Below, piece by piece: positions 1-8,577 of a stretch of DNA of 27,831 bases. A program made the translations under genes and the position numbers. The stretch spans positions 1-27,831 of the forward strand of contig JAYWGM010000040.1 of NCBI GenBank assembly GCA_043778225.1. Reading direction: 5' to 3'. Source of the DNA: Deinococcales bacterium (GTDB lineage Bacteria > Deinococcota > Deinococci > Deinococcales > JAAFIG01). The first letter of the stretch is position 1. Each line of letters starts with the position of its first letter. Below the pieces are notes generated by a model. It had not been told where the DNA came from and did no database searches. It saw only the letters and a program-made list of their open reading frames with translations.

Positions 1-68
1 CTGCTGGACGAGCAATATATATACGGAACAGCCATGCAGCCCGCCTACGACCTAAGTACGAATAAACA

Positions 69-323
69 TTAGGCTTCGACCCGTCTTTTGGTGGGGGCAT
101 TGGTCTGCTGCATCTGCGAAGCCGCTTGTCCGACTTGTACGCCAAACATCCACGCCAAACGGTGCATAAACGAAACGGTTTCGTAGTCGCCAGCCAGCAC
201 TCGGTCGCGCATATAGGCATCGACACCAACAGGAAACTGTACACCTTTGATCTCTTCGCCATTGTGCTGTTTCATGCGTTCGATAAATGCCCGAACTTCG
301 ACTAAACCCTCGGCTTCTTTCAT
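69..323 (-). CDS. ddrH: DdrH-like small protein (Deinococcus DNA-damage-response protein H family), 84 aa
   Basis: C-terminal FMHRLAWMFGVQVGQAAS...RRVEA resembles the DdrH pattern as I recall it (FMxxLAWQFGAQVGYAAG...RVQA). Start moved to ATG 323 because TACACT (336-331) lies 7 nt upstream. Confidence 0.55.
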   Translation of the reverse strand: MKEAEGLVEVRAFIERMKQHNGEEIKGVQFPVGVDAYMRDRVLAGDYETVSFMHRLAWMFGVQVGQAASQMQQTNAPTKRRVEA

Positions 324-373
324 GGTCTTTAGTGTAATACTTTTACGGTAACTGTGCGTAGCCCCGAACACGA

Positions 374-1669
374 TTAAATATCTTCCTCGAGCAAAGGCAA
401 AGTAATCGTAAAAACCGTGCCTTGCCCTAATTCTGATTGCACGGCTACTGTCCCGCCATGAACTTTGGCAATTTGTGCCACAATCGCTAGTCCTAACCCC
501 GCGCCTCTCGAGCTTGCACCTTTGACAAATTTTTCAAAAATATGCGGCAGCAGTTCTGGGGCAATTCCAGCCCCTTGGTCAATCACAATAAACTCAAGTT
601 TTTGCCCAACCCGCCGCAGCTCGAGTTGAACCTTTTCTAGACCGGCGGCTCGGACAGCATTTGAAGTCAGGTTACGCAATAACTGGGCTAATCGGTCGGG
701 GTCGCCAAGTAACTCGAGCGGTTCTTGGGGAAATTTTAGATTTTTAATGCCAAACTCGCTGGCCACCCCGGTCATTAAATCCTTGGCATCCAAGACAAAA
801 GGCACAAGTTCTTGGACGACTTCGCCGCGTGAAAGTTGTAGTAAATCCGAGACCAAACGGGTCATGTTTTTGGCAACTCGGGTGGCATCATCCAGAATTT
901 TATGGCTTTCTGGCGTGGCATCGCGCTTGGCTTGGCGTACATAGCCCTCGAAAGCAGTGACGGGGGTGCGGAGTTCGTGGGCAACTTCAGCAAGAAAGGT
1001 TTTTTGCGCCGCAAACGCCCCATTTAAGCGCAGCACCAATCGGTTGAGGGTTTCTACCAAGACCCCAAGCTCATCTCGAGCGCCGTTATACAACAGTGGC
1101 TTGAGGTTTGATTCGCTTAAATCTTGGGCTTGACGCGCCACGCTAATCAAAGGGCGTAAACCCAATTGGGTCAGCAGATAGCCACCAAGCAGCGCCAGCA
1201 CAACCAGAATTGCGGTCACAATCAGGGTGGCAACTTGTACTCGAGATGCCAAATTGTTGATGTACTCGGTGCTGGCGGCAATGGTTAAAACCTTATTGGG
1301 TTGGCTCGAGAGAATCGCAATTGGCTCGAGCAGCACCAAGACTTGGTTAGAGCGCCAAAAACGCCGTGCCGCAAAAGCAGTTTGAATTTCGGCAACTGGT
1401 AACTCGAGTTGGACTGCATTCTGAAAAGCTGTGCCATCGCGGTTAAAAATAGCAAAACGAGTCCCGCCGAGTAATTCCCGCGACGGCACCGCCCCAAGTT
1501 GGTCTGAGGCATAGAGTTGCTTGAGTTGGGTAGCATCCGACTCGAGCAACCCACGCTGATAGGTTTCTAAAGTATTTGAGACCACGGCACTAACGACTGT
1601 ACCCAGTGTTAAGGCAAACAGCACCAGCAAAGCTGCCATGGCGGCGGCAATACGCCAACGGATGCTCAT
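374..1669 (-). CDS. Two-component sensor histidine kinase (2 TM, HAMP, HisKA, HATPase)
   Basis: H-box FLAEVAHELRTPV, N-box LLRNLTSNA, G1 DQGAGI, F-box HIFEKF, G2 GAGLGLAI; HAMP DELGVLVETLNRL; two hydrophobic segments. Confidence 0.95.
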   Translation of the reverse strand: MSIRWRIAAAMAALLVLFALTLGTVVSAVVSNTLETYQRGLLESDATQLKQLYASDQLGAVPSRELLGGTRFAIFNRDGTAFQNAVQLELPVAEIQTAFAARRFWRSNQVLVLLEPIAILSSQPNKVLTIAASTEYINNLASRVQVATLIVTAILVVLALLGGYLLTQLGLRPLISVARQAQDLSESNLKPLLYNGARDELGVLVETLNRLVLRLNGAFAAQKTFLAEVAHELRTPVTAFEGYVRQAKRDATPESHKILDDATRVAKNMTRLVSDLLQLSRGEVVQELVPFVLDAKDLMTGVASEFGIKNLKFPQEPLELLGDPDRLAQLLRNLTSNAVRAAGLEKVQLELRRVGQKLEFIVIDQGAGIAPELLPHIFEKFVKGASSRGAGLGLAIVAQIAKVHGGTVAVQSELGQGTVFTITLPLLEEDI

Positions 1670-1673
1670 GAGG

Positions 1674-1715
1674 TTGGCTTTGAGCTTTGAGGCTTGAGGC
1701 TCGAGCCTTGGGGTT
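1674..1715. repeat. Degenerate heptamer tandem repeat between response regulator and kinase
   Basis: + strand GCTTTGA GCTTTGA GGCTTGA GGCTCGA GCCTTGG, flanked by a CATGAGG (1667-1673) / CCTCATG (1726-1732) inverted pair. Confidence 0.6.
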
Positions 1716-1735
1716 GATTGCCCTGCCTCATGGCG

Positions 1736-2410
1736 CTATTGTCCTTTTAAGGCATAACCAATGCCGCGCACAGTACGAATTACGCCGTAACCATCCACGT
1801 CGCGCAGTTTAGAACGGATATTTGCCATATGGACATCCACAACATTGCTGTTTTCGTCGAGGTTGCTGCCCCAAACACCACGTTCGATTTCGTCTCGAGC
1901 ATAGACCCGCCCGGGTTGACGCGCCAAAAATGCCAACAATTCAAACTCTTTGGGTGAAAGCCGAATTTCTTTGGCGTTATAGCGCACCAAGCGCTTTTCC
2001 ATATGAATCTCGAGTAAGCCCAGTACAATCGCGTCGCCACCACGGTGTTTACGCAATTGTACCCGCACTCGAGCCACCAACTCGGCTGGTTCAAATGGCT
2101 TGGTCAGGTAGTCATCTGCCCCACCCTCGAGCAACGAAACTTTGGTGCTAACTGCATCCATCGCGGTCAGGATAATGATTGGAATATCGGAGGTTTTCCG
2201 CACCCGACGGGCAATTTCTGCACCATCAAAATCGGGTAAACCCAAGTCCAAAATCACCAAGTCGGGCATCACTTCACGAGCGGCGGTCAGACCAGAAATG
2301 CCGTCTATGGCGGTATGAACCGTAAATCCGGCTTCCTCGAGTTCAAAGCGCAGTACCCGTGTGATGTCTGGATCGTCTTCGATTACCAATATGCGTGCAG
2401 TTTCAGCCAT
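1736..2410 (-). CDS. OmpR/PhoB-family response regulator (DrRRA-like paralog)
   Basis: ILVIEDD, LVILDLGLPDFDG, GADDYLTKPF; winged-helix end SNVVDVHMANIRSKLRDVDGYGVIRTVRGIGY, typical of Deinococcus DrRRA-family regulators. Confidence 0.95.
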   Translation of the reverse strand: MAETARILVIEDDPDITRVLRFELEEAGFTVHTAIDGISGLTAAREVMPDLVILDLGLPDFDGAEIARRVRKTSDIPIIILTAMDAVSTKVSLLEGGADDYLTKPFEPAELVARVRVQLRKHRGGDAIVLGLLEIHMEKRLVRYNAKEIRLSPKEFELLAFLARQPGRVYARDEIERGVWGSNLDENSNVVDVHMANIRSKLRDVDGYGVIRTVRGIGYALKGQ

Positions 2411-2518
2411 TATTTTTGTATTGTACCGTATTCACACGGCTCTTGCACAAAAAGATGGTTTCTCGAGTATGCTGCTGCTTGGCAGTACCAAATTCAAAGT
2501 TGTGAAAGGACAAATTTT

Positions 2519-3067
2519 ATGCGTAAATGGTTGATTGTTTTTCTCGCTGTAATCGGTTTAGCGACCCAAGCCCAAGCTCAAGACTTTAGTATCCGAGCAG
2601 GAATTAATTTAGCTTTTGGTAATCCACTCGCTGTTGGTGTAGATGCACGGCTTTATGCCCTCGATGTGGCTCGGATTGCGCCGACAGTTAATCTGGGCAT
2701 TATTGGAAACGTTGTTTTTAATTTTGGCGGCAATGTTTCTGGTTTATTGTCAGCCGGTCCAGCCATTGTTTTTAGCTTTGACCGTGGAGCAGGATTTGCG
2801 TATGCTGGCGTTAATTTAGGACTGGCTTTTGGTGGTGGTACAGCCTTTATTTTTGCTTTTGTGACTGGTGTTGACTACGACATCAATTCTTCTATTGGGT
2901 TATTTGTTGACCTGAACTTAATTGTTGTTCCCGGTACATTTGGGGCGCTTGACTTGGGGGTTGATTTTGGGCTTTCTCGAGATATTGATGGCTACCTAAA
3001 ATTCATCATCGGTTTTGGCGGAAATAATAGTTTTGGCATTGGCGGCGGCTTAAAGTTCGCTCTGTAA
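2519..3067 (+). CDS. Exported outer-membrane beta-barrel-like protein, 182 aa
   Basis: SD AAAGGA before ATG 2519; signal peptide MRKWLIVFLAVIGLATQAQA; alternating Gly/aromatic strands; ends GGGLKFAL. Confidence 0.7.
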   Translation: MRKWLIVFLAVIGLATQAQAQDFSIRAGINLAFGNPLAVGVDARLYALDVARIAPTVNLGIIGNVVFNFGGNVSGLLSAGPAIVFSFDRGAGFAYAGVNLGLAFGGGTAFIFAFVTGVDYDINSSIGLFVDLNLIVVPGTFGALDLGVDFGLSRDIDGYLKFIIGFGGNNSFGIGGGLKFAL

Positions 3068-3144
3068 AGATTTTCATAGAAAATCTCATGTCATAAAGTA
3101 TCGTGATGGCGTACACTGGCATCTTAGGTTTCAAAAGGATTCGT

Positions 3145-3582
3145 ATGCGTAAAATTTTAATCGTTCTGGCAATCGTTCTCGGTCTCTCAGCTTCTGCAAG
3201 CGCCCAATCATTTGGGGTTAAACTGCTTGGTGTTCAGTACAATACCTTTGACCCGGGTCGTGGTACTGGCTTACAGGTCGCACTTTCAACGCTGTTCTTT
3301 AGCTTTGATTTAGAAGTAAATTATATCATCGGACGCGAAACCATTAGCGACGACCGTAAATTCTCCTTGTTTTATGGGGCTGGCGCACACGCTGGATTTC
3401 TTGGATTCTTCAGTTTCGGTGCAATTGGTTTTGGCGCACACGGAATTGTTGGTCTCGAGTACCTGATTCAGCCATCAACTTCGATTGGTGTCAGTTTGCA
3501 CCCCGGAATTAGTTTCTACACCCAAGGTTTTGGTGTTCTGCCATACTTTGGTGGTGGTCTGTTCGTCAATTTCAAAATCTAG
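3145..3582 (+). CDS. Exported outer-membrane beta-barrel-like protein, 145 aa, probable paralog of the upstream gene
   Basis: SD AAAGGA before ATG 3145; signal peptide MRKILIVLAIVLGLSASASA; FYGAGAHAG and GIVGLEY strands; ends GGGLFVNFKI. Confidence 0.7.
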   Translation: MRKILIVLAIVLGLSASASAQSFGVKLLGVQYNTFDPGRGTGLQVALSTLFFSFDLEVNYIIGRETISDDRKFSLFYGAGAHAGFLGFFSFGAIGFGAHGIVGLEYLIQPSTSIGVSLHPGISFYTQGFGVLPYFGGGLFVNFKI

Positions 3583-3596
3583 TACAGCCTTTCTCG

Positions 3597-3634
3597 AGAC
3601 AGCCCACAGTTTGCTTGTGGGCTGTCTTTCTTTT
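3597..3634 (+). terminator. Intrinsic terminator
   Basis: Perfect 12-bp stem AGACAGCCCACA / TGTGGGCTGTCT followed by TTCTTTT, 14 nt after the stop at 3582. Confidence 0.85.
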
Positions 3635-3683
3635 GGTACGTTCACCCCCTTCTTTAGCAGGACGCAAAGACCTAGAGTGACGT

Positions 3684-5531
3684 ATGTTTCAAGACCTCCA
3701 AGGATTTATCCACTACCTCGAGCAAAAAGGCGAATTGGTTCGCGTCAGCGCCCCCGTCTCGCACGAACTCGAGATTACCGAAATTGCCGACCGCCTCATG
3801 AAATCGGGCGGTCCTGCGGTACTGTTTGAAAATGTGGTTGGCAAAGAATTTCCACTGGTGATTGGCTTAATGGCAACCCGCCAGCGCATGGCATGGGCGC
3901 TTGGGGTGCAAGACCTCGAAGACATCCCAAACCGTTTAAGAAAATTACTCGACATTAAACTCGGTGGCGGTATTCTTGGCTTACTCAGCAATGTCCCTAA
4001 ACTTAAAGACCTAATTGCACTGCCGCCAAAACGGGTGCGAACTGCACCCGTCCAAGAAATCATTTGGCGCGGCGACCAAGTGGATTTGTCTAAAATCCCC
4101 GTTCTTAAATGCTGGGAACTGGACGGTGGACCTTTTGTGACCCTGCCTTTGGTGATTACCAACGACCCCGAAACTGGCGAGATGAACATGGGAATGTACC
4201 GAATGCAAATCATGAGTAAAAACACAACCGGAATGCACTGGCAACGCCACAAAACTGGAGCAAAGCACCTCGAGAAAGCCAAAAAGCTCGGCAAAAGGCT
4301 CGAGGTGGCGGTGGCAATTGGCGGCGACCCTGCCCTGATTTATGCTGCCACTGCACCAATTCCACCAGTCCCCGGCATCAACGAGTACAGCCTAACCGGT
4401 TGGCTGCGCGGCAAGGGGCAAGAAGTGGTGCGTGGTATTACGGTTGGGCTAGAAGTGCCAGCCAATGCCGAATTTATTCTCGAGGGCTACATTGACCCGA
4501 ACGAAGACTGGGTTCTCGAGGGTCCGTTTGGCGACCACACTGGGTTTTACACGCTCGAGGATATGTACCCACTTTTTCATGTCACGGCAATTACGATGCG
4601 AAAAAATGCAGTCTATCCCGCCACGATTGTTGGCAGACCGCCGATGGAAGATGCCTATTTAATCGAGACCACCGAGCGGATTTTTCTTGTGCCAGCGCAG
4701 CTTATTTTGCCCGAAATTGCCGATTATCATCTGCCACCTTGTGGTATCGCCCATAATTTGGTCAATGTGACGATTAAAAAATCCTATCCCGGGCAAGCCT
4801 ATAAAGTTGCCAACGGAATGTTTGGGCTTGGGCAAGCGATGTTTACCAAAGTGGCGGTCGTCTGCGAGGCGGGCGTGGCAAAACCACAAAACAACCTCGA
4901 GTTTTGGCAACACGCCCTGCTGCACTGTGAACCGGGGCGCGATACCGTGATTACCAAAGGACCAACCGACGTGCTTGACCACTCGAGCCGCGAGTGGAGC
5001 TATGGCAGCAAACTAATTATGGACGGCACAATCAAAACGTGGGAAGAAGGCAAAGCCATTCCGTGGACTCCAGCTTTTGCTCGAGATGCCCACACCTTGC
5101 CAAAACTTGAAGGGATGCTCGAGCAGAGCCAAGCCGGTGGCGGAATTTGGTGGGTCAGTTTACAGAAAACCAAAGCCCACCAAGGGCTAGAACTTGGTAA
5201 GACCCTAGCCACCACCCCAGAAGCGGCTGGAATTCGTTTAATTGCCATTGTGGACGAACAAACCGATGTGCTGGATGTCGAAGATGCTTTCTGGACGCTC
5301 TTAAACAACATAGACCCAGAGCGCGACTCGAGCATTGTGGCTGGTCCAACAGGCAATGTACTGGTGCTGGATGGCTCGAGAAAAATTGCCGAAGAGGGCT
5401 TCACAAGGATTTGGCCGCCAAAAATTTCAATGCCCCCCGAGATTGCCGAACTTGTAGACCAACGCTGGGAAGAATACAAACTGGGCGTAGCCAGACCCAA
5501 ATCTCCGACAGGGCGGAAAAGCCTAGGTTAA
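3684..5531 (+). CDS. ubiD: Menaquinone biosynthesis decarboxylase, UbiD family (futalosine pathway, MqnL-like)
   Basis: ELEITEIADR, GGPAVLFENV, DGGPFVTLP, NMGMYRMQ, EGPFGDHTGFY, GRPPMED, DVLDHS; long duplicated C-terminus typical of the menaquinone subfamily. Confidence 0.9.
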   Translation: MFQDLQGFIHYLEQKGELVRVSAPVSHELEITEIADRLMKSGGPAVLFENVVGKEFPLVIGLMATRQRMAWALGVQDLEDIPNRLRKLLDIKLGGGILGLLSNVPKLKDLIALPPKRVRTAPVQEIIWRGDQVDLSKIPVLKCWELDGGPFVTLPLVITNDPETGEMNMGMYRMQIMSKNTTGMHWQRHKTGAKHLEKAKKLGKRLEVAVAIGGDPALIYAATAPIPPVPGINEYSLTGWLRGKGQEVVRGITVGLEVPANAEFILEGYIDPNEDWVLEGPFGDHTGFYTLEDMYPLFHVTAITMRKNAVYPATIVGRPPMEDAYLIETTERIFLVPAQLILPEIADYHLPPCGIAHNLVNVTIKKSYPGQAYKVANGMFGLGQAMFTKVAVVCEAGVAKPQNNLEFWQHALLHCEPGRDTVITKGPTDVLDHSSREWSYGSKLIMDGTIKTWEEGKAIPWTPAFARDAHTLPKLEGMLEQSQAGGGIWWVSLQKTKAHQGLELGKTLATTPEAAGIRLIAIVDEQTDVLDVEDAFWTLLNNIDPERDSSIVAGPTGNVLVLDGSRKIAEEGFTRIWPPKISMPPEIAELVDQRWEEYKLGVARPKSPTGRKSLG

Positions 5532-5541
5532 AAGGTCAAAG

Positions 5542-5592
5542 GGTTAAAAGGGAAAAAGGTTAGGTCTTTACTTTTTCCCTTTTAACCTTTTT
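5542..5592. terminator. Bidirectional terminator-like hairpin built from octamer repeats
   Basis: Perfect 17-bp inverted repeat GGTTAAAAGGGAAAAAG (5542-5558) / CTTTTTCCCTTTTAACC (5571-5587) followed by a T run, between convergent ubiD and truA. Confidence 0.75.
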
Positions 5593-5613
5593 CCCCTGCT
5601 CTTGACCCTGCCC

Positions 5614-6444
5614 TTACCCCTGCCATGGGCTGTAGCCAGCTTTGACAAAGTACAGACCGTGGGCAGCAACGTTCTTACCAGCTTGGTCGCGGTCTTTGGA
5701 CTCGAGAACACCCAGCACATCCTCGGATTTTATTTTGCCACTGCCAACCTCGAGCAGTGTGCCAACAATGCCGCGTACCATATGGCGCAAAAAACTCTCG
5801 CCCGTAATTCGCACTTCAATAAAATCAGCATTCCTCGAGAACGGCGCAGAGATGGCGCGGACATCGCACGCCAGCACTTCGCGTTCGGTTTGGCGCTCCT
5901 CGCGGGTGGCAAAAGCTGCAAAGTCGTGTTCTCCGATTAAATGGGCTGCTGCATGGCGCATTGGGGCAACCTCGAGGCGGTAGGGTATCCAAAGGGCGCG
6001 AGAACGCTCTAGGGCGCTGGCGGTGGGTGTGTTGAGAATTCGGTAACTGTATGAACGCCAATTGCAGGAAAAACGGGCATGAAAATTTGCGTCTGTGTCG
6101 GTGCAACTTAAAACCCGTACATCTGGCGGCAAACGGGCATTCAGGGCTTTGACAACCTTCTCGGCTGGCGTGGTAAAGCCAACATCCACATGGACTGTCA
6201 TCTCGAGCGCATGAACCCCAGCATCGGTGCGTCCGGCTGCCATCGGGCGGTTATAGCGACCCAGTGGCTCGAGGGCGGTTTCTAATGCCCCTTGAATGGT
6301 GCGCTCGCCTTTAGATTGGACTTGCCAGCCCTTAAAATTCGTGCCATCCCACTCGAGCAGCAAACGCAAACGCCGCCAACTTGGGGGCAGACGTGTTTGC
6401 AGCGCCATCGCTTCGGATGTGTCGTTGGGTTCACTCAAATTCAT
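5614..6444 (-). CDS. truA: tRNA pseudouridine(38-40) synthase TruA
   Basis: LEWDGTNFKGWQVQ, AGRTDAGVHA, FHARFS, GEHDFAAF, FLRHMVRGIVG, AHGLYF. The start at 6444 (TACAAT 10 nt upstream) is uncertain. Confidence 0.95.
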   Translation of the reverse strand: MNLSEPNDTSEAMALQTRLPPSWRRLRLLLEWDGTNFKGWQVQSKGERTIQGALETALEPLGRYNRPMAAGRTDAGVHALEMTVHVDVGFTTPAEKVVKALNARLPPDVRVLSCTDTDANFHARFSCNWRSYSYRILNTPTASALERSRALWIPYRLEVAPMRHAAAHLIGEHDFAAFATREERQTEREVLACDVRAISAPFSRNADFIEVRITGESFLRHMVRGIVGTLLEVGSGKIKSEDVLGVLESKDRDQAGKNVAAHGLYFVKAGYSPWQG

Positions 6445-6539
6445 TCGATTCCAAATTGTACCGCCCAAGATGAGACTTGGCTGACCCGTGTGACCAAACC
6501 GCACCGTGCCATGACAAAAATCAGGTAGACTCGAGCCAT

Positions 6540-7667
6540 ATGTGGTTTAAGGTTCTGGTTTTAACGGGTTTATTACTCTTTTCTGTGGGAGCGGCACAAC
6601 CGCGCAACGCTGGCGTTTTACTGATTCGGGTTTTACTGAGTCAACAAAGTAAAGTCTCGCTTTTGATGCCCGCCAACCACAGTGCTTTATTTACCGACGG
6701 CACAACCATCTCGAGCAGCGATACCGCCCTCGAGTGGCGTATTTCTGTGACCAAAGGCAACATCGGTATTGAAACCGCCACAGGAATTTTTGATGCTGGC
6801 AAAGACCGCTTGATTCTGCAAAGCAACACCAGTTATTTTCAATTCGATGGCAAACTCTATCGTGGCGCAGCCATGCTGCTGGCTCGAGGCGGACAAGTGA
6901 TGCTGGTTAATGCCGTGGATGTCGAAGAATACGTGCGCGGTGTGATTCCACTCGAGATGCCAACCCACTGGCAAGAAGAAGCCCTAAAAGCCCAAGCCGT
7001 GATTGCCCGAACCTATGCGATTGCCAACCTCAATTCAAAAGCCGATTACGACCTCTGTGCCACCGAACGCTGCCAAGTCTACGGCGGAGCAACTGCCGAG
7101 ACCCCACGCGGCGACGCGGCGGCTGCCAGCACCCGTGGTTTGGTGCTGAGTTATGGCAACCGCCCAGCCCGCACGTATTTTCATGCCGAAAGTGGTGGCT
7201 TTACTGCCTCGAGCCGCGAAATTTGGGGTGGCGAATTGCCGTATTTAACCGCCCGACCAGACCCCGGCGGAGTCTCGAGTCCAAGCGCATGGCGCATCAA
7301 TGTCATCAGCAGCACCGCCCAAAGCGTGATTAGCCGTTTTGCCAGCGTTGGGCAATTTCGCAGTATGCGGGTGGTAGACCGCACCGAATCGAACCGCCCA
7401 AGCATGATTGAAATTGTTGGCAGCGCGGGTACAGCCAAAATTATTGGCACAAACATTTATGCCTTGGCTCGAGCTTTGGGCGCAAAAAGCAGCATGATTG
7501 ATGTGGTCTCGAGCAACCCACTGATTATTGAAGGCTACGGCAACGGGCATGGGGTCGGTTTATCGCAGTATGGCGCACGGTATTTTGCGGCACAAGGGTA
7601 TGGTTACACCCAAATTTTGGGGTATTACTATCCGGGTGTGGGGATTGGGGCTTACGCGGTGCAGTAG
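6540..7667 (+). CDS. SpoIID/LytB-domain secreted lytic-transglycosylase-like protein
   Basis: Signal peptide from ATG 6540; VEEYVRGVIPLEMP, EALKAQAVIARTYA, CATERCQVYGG, GHGVGLSQYGA, ILGYYYPG. Confidence 0.9.
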   Translation: MWFKVLVLTGLLLFSVGAAQPRNAGVLLIRVLLSQQSKVSLLMPANHSALFTDGTTISSSDTALEWRISVTKGNIGIETATGIFDAGKDRLILQSNTSYFQFDGKLYRGAAMLLARGGQVMLVNAVDVEEYVRGVIPLEMPTHWQEEALKAQAVIARTYAIANLNSKADYDLCATERCQVYGGATAETPRGDAAAASTRGLVLSYGNRPARTYFHAESGGFTASSREIWGGELPYLTARPDPGGVSSPSAWRINVISSTAQSVISRFASVGQFRSMRVVDRTESNRPSMIEIVGSAGTAKIIGTNIYALARALGAKSSMIDVVSSNPLIIEGYGNGHGVGLSQYGARYFAAQGYGYTQILGYYYPGVGIGAYAVQ

Positions 7668-7699
7668 ACCTCGAGCAGTAGGATTAGGCGGTACTCGAG

Positions 7700-7889
7700 A
7701 AATTTTTTGTGAGCCTTGCCCCAGCCAATGCGACAAGGTTTTGGTGGCATGAGGGTCTATTTCTGCAAGTGCCAATGGCGAGAAGCCAGCTTGGAAGACA
7801 CCGCTATCCAAGCCGCCACAACCACTGAAAAGAGAAAGAGATTTAAGGATAGAATGTACTACTAAATTATCTGTAGAAAATCGCTGTAT
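7700..7889 (-). pseudogene. N-terminal stub of a C5-cytosine DNA methyltransferase
   Basis: KSLSLFSGCGGLDSGVFQAGFSPLALAEIDPHATKTL matches motifs I-II; no ATG after the upstream stop (ATA at 7889); no catalytic PC motif; frame runs antisense into the SpoIID gene. Confidence 0.75.
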
Positions 7890-7893
7890 GTCT

Positions 7894-8577
7894 TTATCTA
7901 GTATATTTCTTATCAATAATAGCTTTCGACAAATATAAAACAATTGAATTTATTATCTGGAAAATTTCATCTTCTAATTCTTGATAGGTTTCTTTTTTAA
8001 TTCCATCCTTCATACTTCCATGAGCAATATTATTCCGATAGCGTAGTAGTTTATTAATTTTTCCAGACCATTTATCGACTTCTGAATGTTCTATGCCTAG
8101 TAAAAATAAAACTTTTTTAATCACAATTGGTTTTATATTCGACTCTAAATCAATAATTTCATCTTCATTAAGAAGTACCTTTTGCTCCATAAGGGATGAA
8201 AATTCTTCGACAAATCTTTTTCTACGTGAAAATTGGTGTAGTTCACTATCATCAGGTCTACCTTTATTAAATATGCTTTCTTTATCTGTAGAGTTTAATT
8301 CTTTAAATACTTTATTAAACGAACTTGCTAGAATAGACCATGATACTTCATGATTTTCCATAGCTAATTTATTGATGTTTCTAACGTAAGCCGTAAAAGA
8401 AAACTTGCAGATACCTTCAAAATAAGCGTAAAGCATAACAATCAAAGTTTTTCTTAAAATATTTTGCTTGTCAAGATTTTCAACTTCTTGTACTTTATTT
8501 TTTAGAAGTCTCAATTCATCTTCCCGCCATAATCTTTCGTGTTCTATTTCTTCTCGAAAACCCTGCAAATCAATCAT
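7894..8577 (-). CDS. HEPN-like nuclease, MAE_28990/MAE_18760 family
   Basis: IVMLYAYFEG N-terminal motif, ESNI segment, and HEPN Rx4H motif RNNIAHG; directly downstream of DUF262. Confidence 0.8.
   Translation of the reverse strand: MIDLQGFREEIEHERLWREDELRLLKNKVQEVENLDKQNILRKTLIVMLYAYFEGICKFSFTAYVRNINKLAMENHEVSWSILASSFNKVFKELNSTDKESIFNKGRPDDSELHQFSRRKRFVEEFSSLMEQKVLLNEDEIIDLESNIKPIVIKKVLFLLGIEHSEVDKWSGKINKLLRYRNNIAHGSMKDGIKKETYQELEDEIFQIINSIVLYLSKAIIDKKYTR

Noticed and set aside
1..72. 3' end of a plus-strand gene
   Set aside because: All three frames are open for most of this short stretch, and no motif is recognisable.
343..361. RDRM (DdrO box) upstream of the ddrH-like gene
   Set aside because: TTACG-N9-CGTAG has a 9-nt spacer rather than the 7 nt of the 17-bp motif.
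7560..7943. 127-aa ORF as an intact methyltransferase
   Set aside because: It overlaps both neighbours and lacks catalytic motifs, so it is treated as a pseudogene fragment.
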